Notes: generated by a model not told the origin, from the letters alone. A DNA stretch of 64,000 bases from Minisyncoccia bacterium (GCA_038207395.1 JBBQZW010000003.1:18131-82130), one strand, 5' to 3'; shown: positions 36,447 to 47,549, numbered from the stretch's first letter. Numbers and translations: made by a program.

Positions 36447-37559
36447 ATGAAAGTTACAGGAGACAAGATCTTTGCGAGTATTGTACTCATCTTAGTGATT
36501 GGAGGTATTGCGCTCTTTTCCTCAGCGGCGCTTGGGCTTCTTGCACGTGTTGATGGCTCTCCCTGGAGGCTTGTTATTTCTCAAATCGGTCTTGGGCTTA
36601 TCCCCGGCTTTATACTCCTCACCGCTTTTCGTTTTCTACCTCAGAAACGACTCGCTCAATTCATTACACCTTTTTACGTAGTGACTATTATCCTTACGCT
36701 CATTGTCTTTATTCCGCATATCGGCCTTACCTTAAACGGTGCACGGCGATGGATTAATCTCGGGTTTACTACCTTTCAGCCAAGCGAGTTCCTAAAGCTC
36801 AGTGTTGTGCTCATGCTTGCAGCGTACCTCGCTCATGCAAAAGGAAAGATCAAAGAAATTCGCACAGGACTTGTACCATTTGGGGTCATTGTTGGGATTC
36901 CGTGTGCGCTACTTCTTTTTCAGCCAAATACTTCAACGGTATTAATTATTGGCTTAACCTCGGCAACCATGTACTTCCTTGCAGGAGCACCGTGGCGGGA
37001 CTTTGCCATCATGGCAGTTGCGAGTGTTGCGTTACTTGTTGTGCTCGTTATCGCGCGCCCGTATCTTATGGAGCGCGTTACCACGTTCATAAATCCTAAA
37101 AACAATGCGCAAACAAGCGGGTACCACATTCAGCAGTCACTTATCGCTATTGGATCTGGAAAAATAACGGGCCGGGGGTTTGGACAAAGTGTACAGAAGT
37201 TTAATTACCTTCCGGAAGCTGAAAGCGACTCAGTATTCGCCGTATACGGAGAAGAGTTTGGATTCTTAGGTACCGTTCTGCTGGTTATGCTTTTCATTGC
37301 CTTTGCGTTGCGAGGACTTATTATTGCCGGTGAGTCGTCTTCACTATTTGGTTCATACGCAGTTACCGGTCTGACCCTTTTGATTACGTTCTCGGCATTT
37401 ATGAATATTGGGGCATTGCTTGGCATTCTCCCCTTAACCGGACTTCCGCTCCCATTCATTAGTCACGGAGGAACGGCACTTATGGCCGCTCTTATGGCTG
37501 TGGGAATAATTCTCAACATCGCTGCACATCGAACAAAGCGAAAAACTCAGCTGGCATAA
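36447..37559 (+). CDS. ftsW: SEDS peptidoglycan polymerase FtsW
   Basis: NGARRWI..FQPSEFLK, GRGFGQS.QK..YLPEAESDSVF, TGLPLPFISHGG; located between mraY and murG. Confidence 0.93.
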   Translation: MKVTGDKIFASIVLILVIGGIALFSSAALGLLARVDGSPWRLVISQIGLGLIPGFILLTAFRFLPQKRLAQFITPFYVVTIILTLIVFIPHIGLTLNGARRWINLGFTTFQPSEFLKLSVVLMLAAYLAHAKGKIKEIRTGLVPFGVIVGIPCALLLFQPNTSTVLIIGLTSATMYFLAGAPWRDFAIMAVASVALLVVLVIARPYLMERVTTFINPKNNAQTSGYHIQQSLIAIGSGKITGRGFGQSVQKFNYLPEAESDSVFAVYGEEFGFLGTVLLVMLFIAFALRGLIIAGESSSLFGSYAVTGLTLLITFSAFMNIGALLGILPLTGLPLPFISHGGTALMAALMAVGIILNIAAHRTKRKTQLA

Positions 37560-37561
37560 CC

Positions 37562-38329
37562 ATGAACATTATTTGTCTAAACATCTGGGGAGGCAGAGCA
37601 GGTAAGGAGAAATTACTCGCATTCTTTGAAACACATAAAGAAACTACTGATATTTTTTGCCTCCAGGAAGTTTGGTCAGACCGCTATGAGTTCCTTGAAG
37701 GAGCACTTGCCGGAGGCGTACCTATTAGCCACGACACTATTATGTCGTATGCACTCCAAGACATATGCGCCGTACTCCCTGATCATGTACCGTATTTCAA
37801 GCCAAGCTTCTTACATAGTTATGGACTGTGTATGTTCGTCCATAAAAAGCTAAACGTGATTGAAGAAGGTGATATATTCGTGCACTTTGCACGTGGGTAC
37901 ATACCTGAAGGTGATGTAGGGAATCACGCGCGCAACATGCAGTATGTGACCATAGAGACCGAGCTCGGACCTAAGACCGTTCTTAACCTGCACGGACTAT
38001 GGAATGGAGCAGGGAAGTCAGACTCAGATCAGCGCATCGTGCAGACTGACCGCATACTTAGCTTTATTTCTTCACTTTCAAACCCCTTTGTACTGTGCGG
38101 AGATTTTAATCTCTCCCCAGACACTGAGAGTTTGCAAAGAATTGAACGAGAAGGGCATCGAAACCTTATTTCCGAATATGGCATTACCTCTACCCGTACG
38201 AGTTTTTACACGAAGCCTGAGCGATATGCTGACTACGCATTTGTTAGTGAAGGAGTTGAAGTTCTTGGATTCGAAATACTTCCAGACGAAGTCTCTGACC
38301 ATGCACCGCTTCGCATCGAGATTGCGTGA
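37562..38329 (+). CDS. Endonuclease/exonuclease/phosphatase family protein
   Basis: LNIW, CLQEV, LCGDFN, DY.F, SDHAPL. Confidence 0.9.
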   Translation: MNIICLNIWGGRAGKEKLLAFFETHKETTDIFCLQEVWSDRYEFLEGALAGGVPISHDTIMSYALQDICAVLPDHVPYFKPSFLHSYGLCMFVHKKLNVIEEGDIFVHFARGYIPEGDVGNHARNMQYVTIETELGPKTVLNLHGLWNGAGKSDSDQRIVQTDRILSFISSLSNPFVLCGDFNLSPDTESLQRIEREGHRNLISEYGITSTRTSFYTKPERYADYAFVSEGVEVLGFEILPDEVSDHAPLRIEIA

Positions 38330-38347
38330 TATACTGGCCTAAACCCT

Positions 38348-39502
38348 ATGAAAATCGTTTTTGCCGGCGGTGGAACCGGCGGCCATTTCTATCCCATAAT
38401 CGCAGTCGCTGAAGCGATCCGCGACATAGTGCGCGAACAAAGACTCATCCCCCCTAGTCTGGTGTACATGGCCCCAACACCCTTTGATCAGGAGGCGCTT
38501 TTCCAAAACGATATTTCATACCGCCCCATGCCCGCGGGGAAGGTTCGTCGTTACTTCGCAATTTCAAATATTACTGACTTCTTTCGTACGATATACGGTT
38601 CAGTATTTTCATTCTTTGTACTTCTTGCTGATATTCCCGATGTTGTTTTTTCTAAAGGAGGATTTGCAAGTGTGCCGGTTGTCCTAGCAGCACACTGGCT
38701 TGGTGTGCCTATCGTTATTCATGAATCTGACTCAAAGCCCGGACGCGCTAATTTGTTTGCAGCAAAATATGCAGAGCGTATTGCCGTAACGTACGAAAGC
38801 TCTATAGAGTATTTTCCTGTGGCAGTACGTAGTAAAATAGCGCGCGTTGGAATTCCGATACGTGCCGCACTAGCGCATCCTCTACCTGAAGGCGCAGCTC
38901 AGGAACTAAAACTTGACCCCAGTGTTCCAACCGTACTTATCATTGGGGGCTCGCTCGGATCAAAGCGCATTAACGACACGGTTATTCAAGGTCTCCCTCA
39001 GATACTAGAGTTTGCAAACGTTATTCACCAAACCGGAAAAAATAACTTTGCCGAAGTACAATCCACTGCAGGAGTGCTCTTAGAGAACTCTATGCACAAG
39101 GAACGCTACCACGTATTCCCGTATCTCTCTCAGGACTCAATGCGCGAAGCAGCGGGAGCAGCAGCACTCGTCGTATCGCGAGCGGGCAGTACTTCTATTA
39201 CCGAAATTTCACTTTGGGGAAAGCCAGCAATTCTTATTCCCATCCCCGAGACAGTAAGTCATGATCAGCGAACAAATGCGTATGCGTATGCGCACACGGG
39301 AGCCGCTATCGTGCTTGAGGAAGATAACCTCACGCCTAACATTGTTGCATCAGAGATTCGCCGTATTACAGCAGACCATGCTCTTAGTGCACGCATGAGC
39401 GAACACAGTAAGGGTTTTGCAAATCCACAGGCAGCTCGAGTTATTGCTGAGGAACTTTTGCGAATTGCTCGTTCTCACACTCCGAAAGAGCCTGCAGTAT
39501 AA
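38348..39502 (+). CDS. murG: MurG glycosyltransferase
   Basis: GGGTGGHFYP, KGGFASVP, HESD, GGSLGS, SRAG. Confidence 0.96.
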   Translation: MKIVFAGGGTGGHFYPIIAVAEAIRDIVREQRLIPPSLVYMAPTPFDQEALFQNDISYRPMPAGKVRRYFAISNITDFFRTIYGSVFSFFVLLADIPDVVFSKGGFASVPVVLAAHWLGVPIVIHESDSKPGRANLFAAKYAERIAVTYESSIEYFPVAVRSKIARVGIPIRAALAHPLPEGAAQELKLDPSVPTVLIIGGSLGSKRINDTVIQGLPQILEFANVIHQTGKNNFAEVQSTAGVLLENSMHKERYHVFPYLSQDSMREAAGAAALVVSRAGSTSITEISLWGKPAILIPIPETVSHDQRTNAYAYAHTGAAIVLEEDNLTPNIVASEIRRITADHALSARMSEHSKGFANPQAARVIAEELLRIARSHTPKEPAV

Positions 39503-39512
39503 TTTCAATCAT

Positions 39513-41012
39513 ATGGATCTATTCTCCGTAAACCTCACCGTGAGCAGTACTGGCGCCGCTGAAGTTCGTACCCGTTTCGCACCAAGTCCGACTGGCTTCT
39601 TGCACGTTGGGAGCGCACGAACAGCTCTTTACGCCTGGCTCTATGCACTTCAGCATGGAGGATCGTTCATTCTGCGCATCGAAGACACAGATAAGGAACG
39701 TGAAGTGGAAGGATCTATTGGTCACTTAATGGAATCCTTGAAGTGGCTAGGTATTCAATGGAATGAAGGTATTGATATCGACGGACCCTATGGACCGTAC
39801 ATTCAGTCCCAGCGTCTCGATATCTACCGCTCATATGCCCACAAACTTCTAACGCTTGGCTTTGCCTATCCTGACCCATATACCGAAGTGGAGCTTCAGG
39901 GATTTCGTGATGCTGCAGAAGCGGAAAAGCGCCCCTTTTTGTTCCGTGACCACCGCCCGTCTGGAGAAATAGAGTGGGACGGGAAATCACCACTTCGCTT
40001 CCGTGTACCTGAGATTAAACGCTATACGTGGAATGACGTCATCATGGGAGACCTGTCCGCAGGGGAAGAAGCCCTCGACGACTTTATTCTTATGAAAGGT
40101 GACGGGTATCCCACCTATAACTTCGCACATGTTGTTGATGACATTGAGATGCGTATCACGCATGTAATGCGAGGCCAGGAGTTTATTTCAAGCACTCCAA
40201 AATTCCTTTCGCTCTATGACGCGCTTGGCGTAACGCCTCCGGTCTTCGCAACACTTCCTCCTATTCTTGGAGAAACAGGAATGAAGAAACTTTCAAAGCG
40301 CGACGGGGCTAAAGATATTTTGGACTACCGTGAAGAAGGGTACACCTCTGAAGCAATGCGAAACTTCCTGGCACTTCTAGGCTGGCACCCAACAGGGGAT
40401 AAGGAGGTATTTAGTACGGAAGAGCTTCTCCGTGAATTCACCATTGAGCGCGTACAAAAGAGTGGTGCGCAATTTGATGAAAAGAAACTTCTTCATTTAA
40501 ATCGTGAGTGGCTTCGATCATTTTCTCCCGTGGAGTACATTGAGCGCGCAGGCTTAAAGAATGCTCCCGGAGGAGTAGCGGCATCAGAGTCAATGCTTTT
40601 AAAGGTAGTGCCCCTTCTGCAGGAACGCGCGCATACCTTCCGCGAAGCGTGGGAAATGCTCGAGGGAGAGCTTTCGTGTCTTTTTGTTGTACCTACACTC
40701 GAAAAAGAGAGTCTTCTTGCAAAAGAGCCAGTATCGGCAGCAGGTACTACCAAGACCCATTTGAAGGCCTTGGTTGAGCTTGTGGGGGCACTTAGCGACC
40801 AAGAGAGTGCAGACCACGTAAAAAGCGTGCTTATGCCCTACGCCGATAGTATTTCGAAAGAAGAGGGTGGGCGAGGTGCCGTACTTTGGCCTCTTCGATA
40901 CGCACTTTCAGGTGCAGAGCGCTCTCCTGACCCGTTTATCCTTATTTCACTCATTGGGAAGTCAGAAAGTCTTTCGCGCATTCAAACAGCTCTTGGTATA
41001 CTAGAGGGATGA
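39513..41012 (+). CDS. gltX: Glutamate--tRNA ligase
   Basis: RTRFAPSPTGFLHVG, LRIEDTD, KLSKR. Confidence 0.96.
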   Translation: MDLFSVNLTVSSTGAAEVRTRFAPSPTGFLHVGSARTALYAWLYALQHGGSFILRIEDTDKEREVEGSIGHLMESLKWLGIQWNEGIDIDGPYGPYIQSQRLDIYRSYAHKLLTLGFAYPDPYTEVELQGFRDAAEAEKRPFLFRDHRPSGEIEWDGKSPLRFRVPEIKRYTWNDVIMGDLSAGEEALDDFILMKGDGYPTYNFAHVVDDIEMRITHVMRGQEFISSTPKFLSLYDALGVTPPVFATLPPILGETGMKKLSKRDGAKDILDYREEGYTSEAMRNFLALLGWHPTGDKEVFSTEELLREFTIERVQKSGAQFDEKKLLHLNREWLRSFSPVEYIERAGLKNAPGGVAASESMLLKVVPLLQERAHTFREAWEMLEGELSCLFVVPTLEKESLLAKEPVSAAGTTKTHLKALVELVGALSDQESADHVKSVLMPYADSISKEEGGRGAVLWPLRYALSGAERSPDPFILISLIGKSESLSRIQTALGILEG

Positions 41013-42289
41013 CCGTGCGTTCATTTCAGATCCGTGCCCTTTCGCTACTTATCCTCCTCGGAGTCGGAGGTACTTCGCTGATACCCCCATTTTTAGCAGA
41101 AGCACAAACAACCGACACGTCAGGAATTCAAAACGAAATAAATCAACACAATCAACAAATAGCGAATCTTGAAAAAGAGATTGCGCAGTATCAACAACAG
41201 CTCACCACACTTGGTACTGCCCACAAGACACTCCAAAGCGCTATAAGTACGATCGATATTTCTCGTCAGCAAACAAATACTCAAATTAAGGTTACTCGAA
41301 ACAAGATGGATGCGAGTGCACTTCGTCTTCAGCAACTCTCAGGGGAGATTAGTGAGAAACAGTATCAGATTGCCGTTAACCGTAAGTCGGTGGAGCAGTC
41401 ACTGCGTGATCTTTCTATGGCAGAGGAAAATAGCATCATTGAACATATCTTCGGAGCGTCGAGTCTTGCAGATGCGTGGACTGCTGCTGACGCTTCACTT
41501 TCCGTAAGCGAGGCGCTGCGTGCAAATACGGCGACACTTTCCGGCATTACTCAGCAGTTAGGGGCACAGAAAGCCGACGAAAGCTCAACGCGCGCAAAGC
41601 TGGCAGAGCTTGGTTCGGAACTTTCTTCACAGCAGAAAGAGTTAGATGTAAAAAAAGCAGAAAAAGCAACGCTTCTTTCTCAAACAAAAAATCAGGAATC
41701 TAGCTACCAGTCACTCATTTCAAAGAAACGTGCTGAGCAGGCGTCCTTCCAGGCTGCCCTGTATCAACTCTCTCTTAAGTTAAAAGCTGCTGACACGAGC
41801 AGTATTCCAAACGCAGGTACGGGGATTCTTAAGTGGCCATTAGACTCCGTCCATATCACGCAGCTGTTCGGTAAGACGACTGATTCGGGACGGTTGTACG
41901 CATCTGGTACGCATGACGGAATTGATCTTGGGGTGCCGTCAGGTGCTGCCGTGCATGCAGCGCTCACGGGAACCGTATTCGCAACAAACGAAGGTGCCGT
42001 TCAGAACTGTCAGTATGGCAAATGGGTTTTGATAAAACATGCTAACGGACTCGCAACGCTCTATGCGCACCTCTCAAAAATTAGCGTCACTAATGGCCAA
42101 GTCGTCACTACCGGAGACACTATCGGGTACTCAGGCATGACAGGCTATGCAACTGGTCCTCATCTTCACTTCACGGTATATGTTGCGAGTGCTGTTACGC
42201 TTAAGCAATACACGTGTAAGAGCGGCCCAACGGTAACTATTCCTATTGCGCCTCCAAACGGATACCTTAACCCGTCTGCATATCTATAG
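41009..42289 (+). CDS. Coiled-coil M23 peptidase (EnvC/MepM-like)
   Basis: Signal peptide, long coiled coil, HDGIDL, YAHL, TGPHLHF. Confidence 0.92.
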   Translation: MTVRSFQIRALSLLILLGVGGTSLIPPFLAEAQTTDTSGIQNEINQHNQQIANLEKEIAQYQQQLTTLGTAHKTLQSAISTIDISRQQTNTQIKVTRNKMDASALRLQQLSGEISEKQYQIAVNRKSVEQSLRDLSMAEENSIIEHIFGASSLADAWTAADASLSVSEALRANTATLSGITQQLGAQKADESSTRAKLAELGSELSSQQKELDVKKAEKATLLSQTKNQESSYQSLISKKRAEQASFQAALYQLSLKLKAADTSSIPNAGTGILKWPLDSVHITQLFGKTTDSGRLYASGTHDGIDLGVPSGAAVHAALTGTVFATNEGAVQNCQYGKWVLIKHANGLATLYAHLSKISVTNGQVVTTGDTIGYSGMTGYATGPHLHFTVYVASAVTLKQYTCKSGPTVTIPIAPPNGYLNPSAYL

Positions 42290-42946
42290 TGGATTCTCCT
42301 TCTTAGCATCGAGCGCTGCGTGATGAAGTTTCCAAAATAAGAGAGAGACATATGACCGGTGCGGTGACCATCGTTCAGCGATACGGGCAAGTTCTTTTTT
42401 AGAGACAGATGCGGGAAGCGCAAGCGCTTCCCGCATCTGTCTCTCTAGTATGAGATCTCCCGGAGAAAACACATCAGGCGCACCAAGCGCAAAGAGTAAA
42501 AACATTTCCGCAGTCCAAGGTCCGATGCCATATATTCCCGTGAGTTGTTTCGTTGCTTCTTCGGAAGAAAGGGCAGCCAGCGAGAGCAGAACAAGTTGTT
42601 TTGTTTCTATGGCCTGCGCAAGCTCTTTTAGACTTCGTACTTTTGCCGCAGAAAGCCCTGCAGTCCGAAGAAGCTCAGGAGTAGCTTCATGGACGCGCTG
42701 TGATGTTATTTTTCCGTCTAGGATAGATTTCACGCGCGTAAATATACTGTCAGCAGCTTTCGTAGAAAGCTGCTGACTTACAATAGATGAGACGAGTGAC
42801 TCAAAAAGCGCTGCTGCCGTATGCTTTGGACTAACCCGTGAGGTTACCGTTCCGCGATAGGGGAGTGCTGCCGCATACAGTTTCGGATCTGTACGTTTTA
42901 AGTGTGCAAGTGCTCGGCGTTCTTCTTCATGGAGCGGTGTCTTCAT
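42284..42946 (-). CDS. DNA-3-methyladenine glycosylase II (AlkA, HhH-GPD)
   Basis: SIVSQQLS, GIGPWTAEM, GD, W.PHRS. Confidence 0.9.
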   Translation of the reverse strand: MKTPLHEEERRALAHLKRTDPKLYAAALPYRGTVTSRVSPKHTAAALFESLVSSIVSQQLSTKAADSIFTRVKSILDGKITSQRVHEATPELLRTAGLSAAKVRSLKELAQAIETKQLVLLSLAALSSEEATKQLTGIYGIGPWTAEMFLLFALGAPDVFSPGDLILERQMREALALPASVSKKELARIAERWSPHRSYVSLLFWKLHHAALDAKKENPL

Positions 42947-42975
42947 ACCTGTTCTGTATGTTATATACTGTACGC

Positions 42976-43161
42976 ATGATAAAGCTGATTGTATATGTGG
43001 TGGTCGGACTACTGGTCCTATCTTTTTTTGGTATTTCACTCCAGCACCTTGTAGACTCACCAACCACTCAAGCAAACTTTCATTACATTGGAGATCTCCT
43101 CAGCAAGGGATGGGATGATATTGTGAAGCAGGTAAACGAAATCTGGCACAGTATTGTGTAA
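42976..43161 (+). CDS. Small membrane protein
   Basis: MIKLIVYVVVGLLVLSFFGISL; -10-like TATACT just upstream. Confidence 0.6.
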   Translation: MIKLIVYVVVGLLVLSFFGISLQHLVDSPTTQANFHYIGDLLSKGWDDIVKQVNEIWHSIV

Positions 43162-43177
43162 AAATAATCTACTCTTT

Positions 43178-43426
43178 ATGCCTCCTGAACTCTCTCCAGA
43201 ACGAAATATAAAAATAGACATACCATCTTCGTCACGGCCTACATTTTCAAATGCAACACAGGTAACCGTGTCAGATGACTCAGTTGTACTGCAGTTTGCC
43301 TATGTACGTCCAAATACTGCAGAAGGGCAATTAATCGGAGAAATTGTTCTCTCCCCAAAACATGCCATTGATTTTAGTAGAGCGCTCGATACGACGATAA
43401 AAGAGCACTTTACGCGGCATCTATAA
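43178..43426 (+). CDS. DUF3467-like protein
   Basis: PTFSNATQV...VLQFAY...IVLSPKHAIDF. Confidence 0.7.
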   Translation: MPPELSPERNIKIDIPSSSRPTFSNATQVTVSDDSVVLQFAYVRPNTAEGQLIGEIVLSPKHAIDFSRALDTTIKEHFTRHL

Positions 43427-43495
43427 AAGTTGTGGAGCGCGGCCGAAACGGCCGCGCTCCTTGCTAAATATCATTTTTATAGCATTATCAAACCC

Positions 43496-44458
43496 ATGAC
43501 TGAGACCGCCCGTACCTGGCATATTCTCCGAATTGCACTCGCTATTACGGGTCTCGTAGTTCTATTCTTTAGCGGCATTTTCCCTATAGAAAACTATCTC
43601 GCCCTAGTGCCTTCGAACGCTCTTACCGCTTCGGTCGTTCCTTCAGATGTTGCTACGCTCACTAATACGAACCGTATCGAAAAAGGGTTGCCAGCACTTA
43701 CTATCAACCCGCTTCTTTCCCAAGCAGCTCAGCGTAAGGCCGAAGACATGGCACAACATTCTTACTATGCTCACATAAGTCCTGACGGAAAATCTCCTCT
43801 CTACTGGCTTCAGCAGGTCGGGTATAAATACCTAAACGCAGGAGAGAATCTCGTTATTGATCGCACCACGTCTGAAGATGCAGTGAGCGCTTGGATGAAT
43901 TCGCCTGATCACCGTGAGAATATCCTCCGCCCACAATTTACGGAATTTGGTATTGGTGTCGCGGAAGGGGTATACGACGGACAGCCCACTATATTCATAG
44001 TTCAAGAATTCGGCACTCCGTACCCACTAAGTGCGCCGGCGCTTCGCACTCCTCCAAAGCCTATAGTTGCAGTCGAACCACTCAAAAAAACTCAACTTAT
44101 AACAAATATAGAAGCACTCGCCGCTCCTGTAGCGAAGACAATAGCACCAGCCTCTGTAGAAAAGACAGTCAAGATTCCACCTAAAGAAAGAGTAAGACTT
44201 GCTATCGTACCAGGCACGATAGGTACATCCACAGTACCCTTGTCTAGTACAACAACTGCCACTTCTAGTCTTACTACGTTTAGTTATGCACTCGCTGCTG
44301 AGTTCTACGCACCTGTTCAGGTCGCGCGCAGTAACGAACGAATTGGACCCGTCGAGAAGGGAACCGTTCCACAAATCCAAAATCCTACACCAACGTGGCT
44401 TATATCGGTGCGTCACTATCTTCAATCTGTTACAAACTTTGTCCCTCGTATTTGGTAG
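43496..44458 (+). CDS. CAP/SCP domain protein
   Basis: TNTNR..GLPAL, AGENL, WMNSPDHRENIL. Confidence 0.9.
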   Translation: MTETARTWHILRIALAITGLVVLFFSGIFPIENYLALVPSNALTASVVPSDVATLTNTNRIEKGLPALTINPLLSQAAQRKAEDMAQHSYYAHISPDGKSPLYWLQQVGYKYLNAGENLVIDRTTSEDAVSAWMNSPDHRENILRPQFTEFGIGVAEGVYDGQPTIFIVQEFGTPYPLSAPALRTPPKPIVAVEPLKKTQLITNIEALAAPVAKTIAPASVEKTVKIPPKERVRLAIVPGTIGTSTVPLSSTTTATSSLTTFSYALAAEFYAPVQVARSNERIGPVEKGTVPQIQNPTPTWLISVRHYLQSVTNFVPRIW

Positions 44459-44563
44459 TACTGGGTAGTAATGATGCGATTCATCCATCCTTCATTCATG
44501 AAGGAGTATACCTATGGGTATGGATAGCCGTTGGCATCCTCGCTATCACTAATCGAACGACAC

Positions 44564-44788
44564 ATGAAAAAAATACTCGGAACTATGGCTCTTGGAGCAT
44601 TGATCGCGGTACCAGCGGTCGGATTTGCACAGACATTCGCTTACGTAAATACGTCAGGGGAAGTAACTACTGTCGAAGCAGTTGATGCAAATACCGCACT
44701 TCGCACTGCACCAAATATGGATATCCATAGCGGTGTAATTCGTATCTCAAGCCCAAGCGACGGAATTGTTGGAGACAAAGTCTTCTAA
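44564..44788 (+). CDS. Small secreted protein
   Basis: Signal peptide MKKILGTMALGALIAVPAVGFA. Confidence 0.65.
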   Translation: MKKILGTMALGALIAVPAVGFAQTFAYVNTSGEVTTVEAVDANTALRTAPNMDIHSGVIRISSPSDGIVGDKVF

Positions 44789-44911
44789 CAGTACTTCTGC
44801 TTACGCAGTATGAAGTAAGGGCAGTGGGTCGCACGCGACCCACTGCCCTTACTTCATGAAGATTTTGCAATATATTTTTACATAGTCAAAACTTAGCCGT
44901 ATACTTACTCT

Positions 44912-45715
44912 ATGAATATCTCATCCTCGTTACGTACCTGGATTCTTTTAGGAATTCTTCTCCTTGCTGGCGCTGGCGCACTAGCGGCGGCTCTAATTCA
45001 AGCACCTAACAGACCCACCCCCACAGGCACAGCTTCAAGTAGCGCTAGTGTTTCAGTGCCCGCTACGAATACCATTCCAGAAGCATCGAGTACTGAGAGT
45101 ACGACCACTACAATAATCAGTAAAGAAGTGAAAGCTGATATACCTCCCGCACCCATAAAAAAACCAGTGCCAGTAGCACCCATACCAACACCCGTACAAA
45201 CAACAACCACAGTTACAACAACGATAACGCCTCCTGCACCTAGCGCACCGCCAGCTTCTTCATTTCCTGTAACAAATACTCTCAAAGTATCTCCAATCGC
45301 CCTCCTTGGAGGCGGTACGGCCCGCCTAGGAGCAACGATCCCCGTATCGTATCTTCAAGTGATCAATCAAAGTACGTCAACTGTTTCAATTAAAGGCTTT
45401 ACCGTACGCCAGCAAGGCACCACTCCTGACACAGGAGTTATCGGGTTTAGTTCTGTTGATGACAAAAGTGGTTCGCGCGGAGCGGTAGGGGGGACAGAAG
45501 GATCAAACGTACTTCAGGGAAATGTGGGCTATATCCCAAGCACTGCCGTGATTGCGCCTGGTCAAATGAAACTCTTTACCCTTAAGGCGCAACTATCTTC
45601 TTTGAGTCAGTACGCAGGAACATCACTTACGCTTGTCGTAACCGGCGTTGATTCTCCGCTCCAACTCACGGCACAACTTCCTATTCCGGGAACAACCTGG
45701 AACCTTGCTCCGTAA
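44912..45715 (+). CDS. Membrane-anchored Pro/Thr-rich surface protein
   Basis: N-terminal TM, P/T-rich linker, beta-rich C-terminal domain. Confidence 0.7.
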   Translation: MNISSSLRTWILLGILLLAGAGALAAALIQAPNRPTPTGTASSSASVSVPATNTIPEASSTESTTTTIISKEVKADIPPAPIKKPVPVAPIPTPVQTTTTVTTTITPPAPSAPPASSFPVTNTLKVSPIALLGGGTARLGATIPVSYLQVINQSTSTVSIKGFTVRQQGTTPDTGVIGFSSVDDKSGSRGAVGGTEGSNVLQGNVGYIPSTAVIAPGQMKLFTLKAQLSSLSQYAGTSLTLVVTGVDSPLQLTAQLPIPGTTWNLAP

Positions 45716-45805
45716 ATAGAGCAATACTTCCACTCTTCATGAACACCTCACGATTTGCTGTTTATACTAAGTAAGTTATTAATTACACTTATTTATATTT
45801 ACTCT

Positions 45806-46054
45806 ATGAGTCTATTGCTTTGGATTGTGTTTGGAGCTATCGCAGGATGGATTGCGTCTATGATTACTAATACTAATCACGGACTTTTACTCGACATTGT
45901 TATTGGCATCGTTGGTGCTGTACTTGGAGGGTGGATTATGAACGCACTAGGCAGTACTGGAACTACGGGGTTTAACCTGTACAGTCTCCTGGTCGCAATT
46001 CTTGGTGCGCTTGTTCTGCTCGTAATCGTTAAAGCAATACGTCGCGGTGCATAG
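45806..46054 (+). CDS. GlsB/YeaQ/YmgE transglycosylase-associated protein
   Basis: WIVFGAIAGWIAS...DIVIGIVGAVLGG...AILGALVLL. Confidence 0.9.
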   Translation: MSLLLWIVFGAIAGWIASMITNTNHGLLLDIVIGIVGAVLGGWIMNALGSTGTTGFNLYSLLVAILGALVLLVIVKAIRRGA

Positions 46055-46132
46055 CATCAGTTGCGATACCCCAGACTGGTGTATACTTAACTGGGTTAAG
46101 CATTAATTAATTCACTAACGCACATTTATAGT

Positions 46133-46717
46133 ATGGGAAAAGGAGGAATTATCGCACTCGTTGCAGTACTCGTTATTGCAGGAGGTGCATACGCTTATTC
46201 ACGTTCAACTAATACAGAAACTTCTATGCACGAAAATACAGACGCTATGGCCCATGACGGTCAGGAGGGAGTTATGGTCGGTGGCGCTCTTATGACGCCA
46301 AATCGCGACATTGTTGCAAACGCGCTTGATGCAAGCAACGTAACTACGCTTGTAGCTGCCGTAACTGCAGCAGGACTTGTTGAAACACTTCAGAGTGCAG
46401 GACCATTCACCGTCTTCGCACCTACGAATGATGCTTTCGCAAAACTTCCTGCAGGAACGGTGGAAACACTCGTAAAGCCTGAGAACAAGGCACAGCTTGT
46501 AGATATTCTTACCTACCACGTTGTTGCAGGGCGTTACACCTCAGCTGACCTTATGGACGGACAGGTTCTCACCACCGTTGAAGGAAAGACCCTTACTATC
46601 AACAAGACCGCAGAAGGAAAGCTCTCAGTAAATGGTACAGCCATGGTTGAGACGCCTGATGTTATCTCAAGCAACGGCGTAACGTTTGTCATCGACAGCG
46701 TTCTCATGCCTAAGTAG
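46133..46717 (+). CDS. Fasciclin (FAS1) domain protein
   Basis: GPFTVFAPTNDAF, ILTYHVV, NGVTFVIDSVL. Confidence 0.93.
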   Translation: MGKGGIIALVAVLVIAGGAYAYSRSTNTETSMHENTDAMAHDGQEGVMVGGALMTPNRDIVANALDASNVTTLVAAVTAAGLVETLQSAGPFTVFAPTNDAFAKLPAGTVETLVKPENKAQLVDILTYHVVAGRYTSADLMDGQVLTTVEGKTLTINKTAEGKLSVNGTAMVETPDVISSNGVTFVIDSVLMPK

Positions 46718-46828
46718 TGATACTGCTTCGCTTAACACTCTTCTAAACTCGTTCGGGAATTTTCCGAACACAGAAGAGTTCGTTGCCCTATGCGCATCGA
46801 ACTCTTCTGGTATACATATCGCACCACC

Positions 46829-47284
46829 ATGCTCAAAAACCTTTCTATTCTCCACCGTAACCGCACAACTTACCGCATAGGGCTTCTTCAAGCTAAGGCA
46901 TATCGCGAGTTAAAGCATGTAACGGCCGAGCATCTTAAACCATTTGATCTTTCAACTACTCACTGGGCATTTTTGGGCCTACTCCTAGATAGTGGAGCGC
47001 TATCCCCAAGCAGCGCTGCTGAAGAGCTTGGCGTTGAAGCGCCTTTTATAAGCGTTATGGCACATACGCTAAAAGAACGAGGACTCGTTGCTGAAGAGAA
47101 AGATGCTGAAGACAGCAGACGCAAAGTACTTTGTCTCACCCCAAAAGGCGAGTCATTTGTTGCTGAGGCAGAATCCTACATGCGTACAAAAATGCGCCCT
47201 CTTATTGCAGGTATATCACCAGCGTCATTAGGTGCCTATATGCACGTTCTTGAGCACGTTCTTCTGAATACTAAAAAGAAGTAG
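46829..47284 (+). CDS. MarR family transcriptional regulator
   Basis: LKERGLV....DAEDSRRKVLCLTPKG. Confidence 0.85.
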   Translation: MLKNLSILHRNRTTYRIGLLQAKAYRELKHVTAEHLKPFDLSTTHWAFLGLLLDSGALSPSSAAEELGVEAPFISVMAHTLKERGLVAEEKDAEDSRRKVLCLTPKGESFVAEAESYMRTKMRPLIAGISPASLGAYMHVLEHVLLNTKKK

Positions 47285-47342
47285 GTGCAATGCACGTGTA
47301 AAGGAAACTTGACATTTTATACAAAATGCCTATACTTACTAG

Positions 47343-47549
47343 GTGAAAATTCATATTCGTAACACCGTACAGGAGCTCCGGGTAAAACGCGGAATAACTC
47401 AAGAAGCACTGGCTCAGGAACTGGGCGTATCTCGCCAAACAATCATAGCGATTGAACGAGGTAATTATGCACCTTCGATACTTCTTGCCCTTCGTATTGG
47501 AGTATTCTTTAAAGAGCCGGTGGAACAAATATTTATACTCCATGACTAA
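47343..47549 (+). CDS. XRE-family HTH regulator
   Basis: TQEALAQELGVSRQTIIAIERGNYAPS. Confidence 0.92.
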   Translation: MKIHIRNTVQELRVKRGITQEALAQELGVSRQTIIAIERGNYAPSILLALRIGVFFKEPVEQIFILHD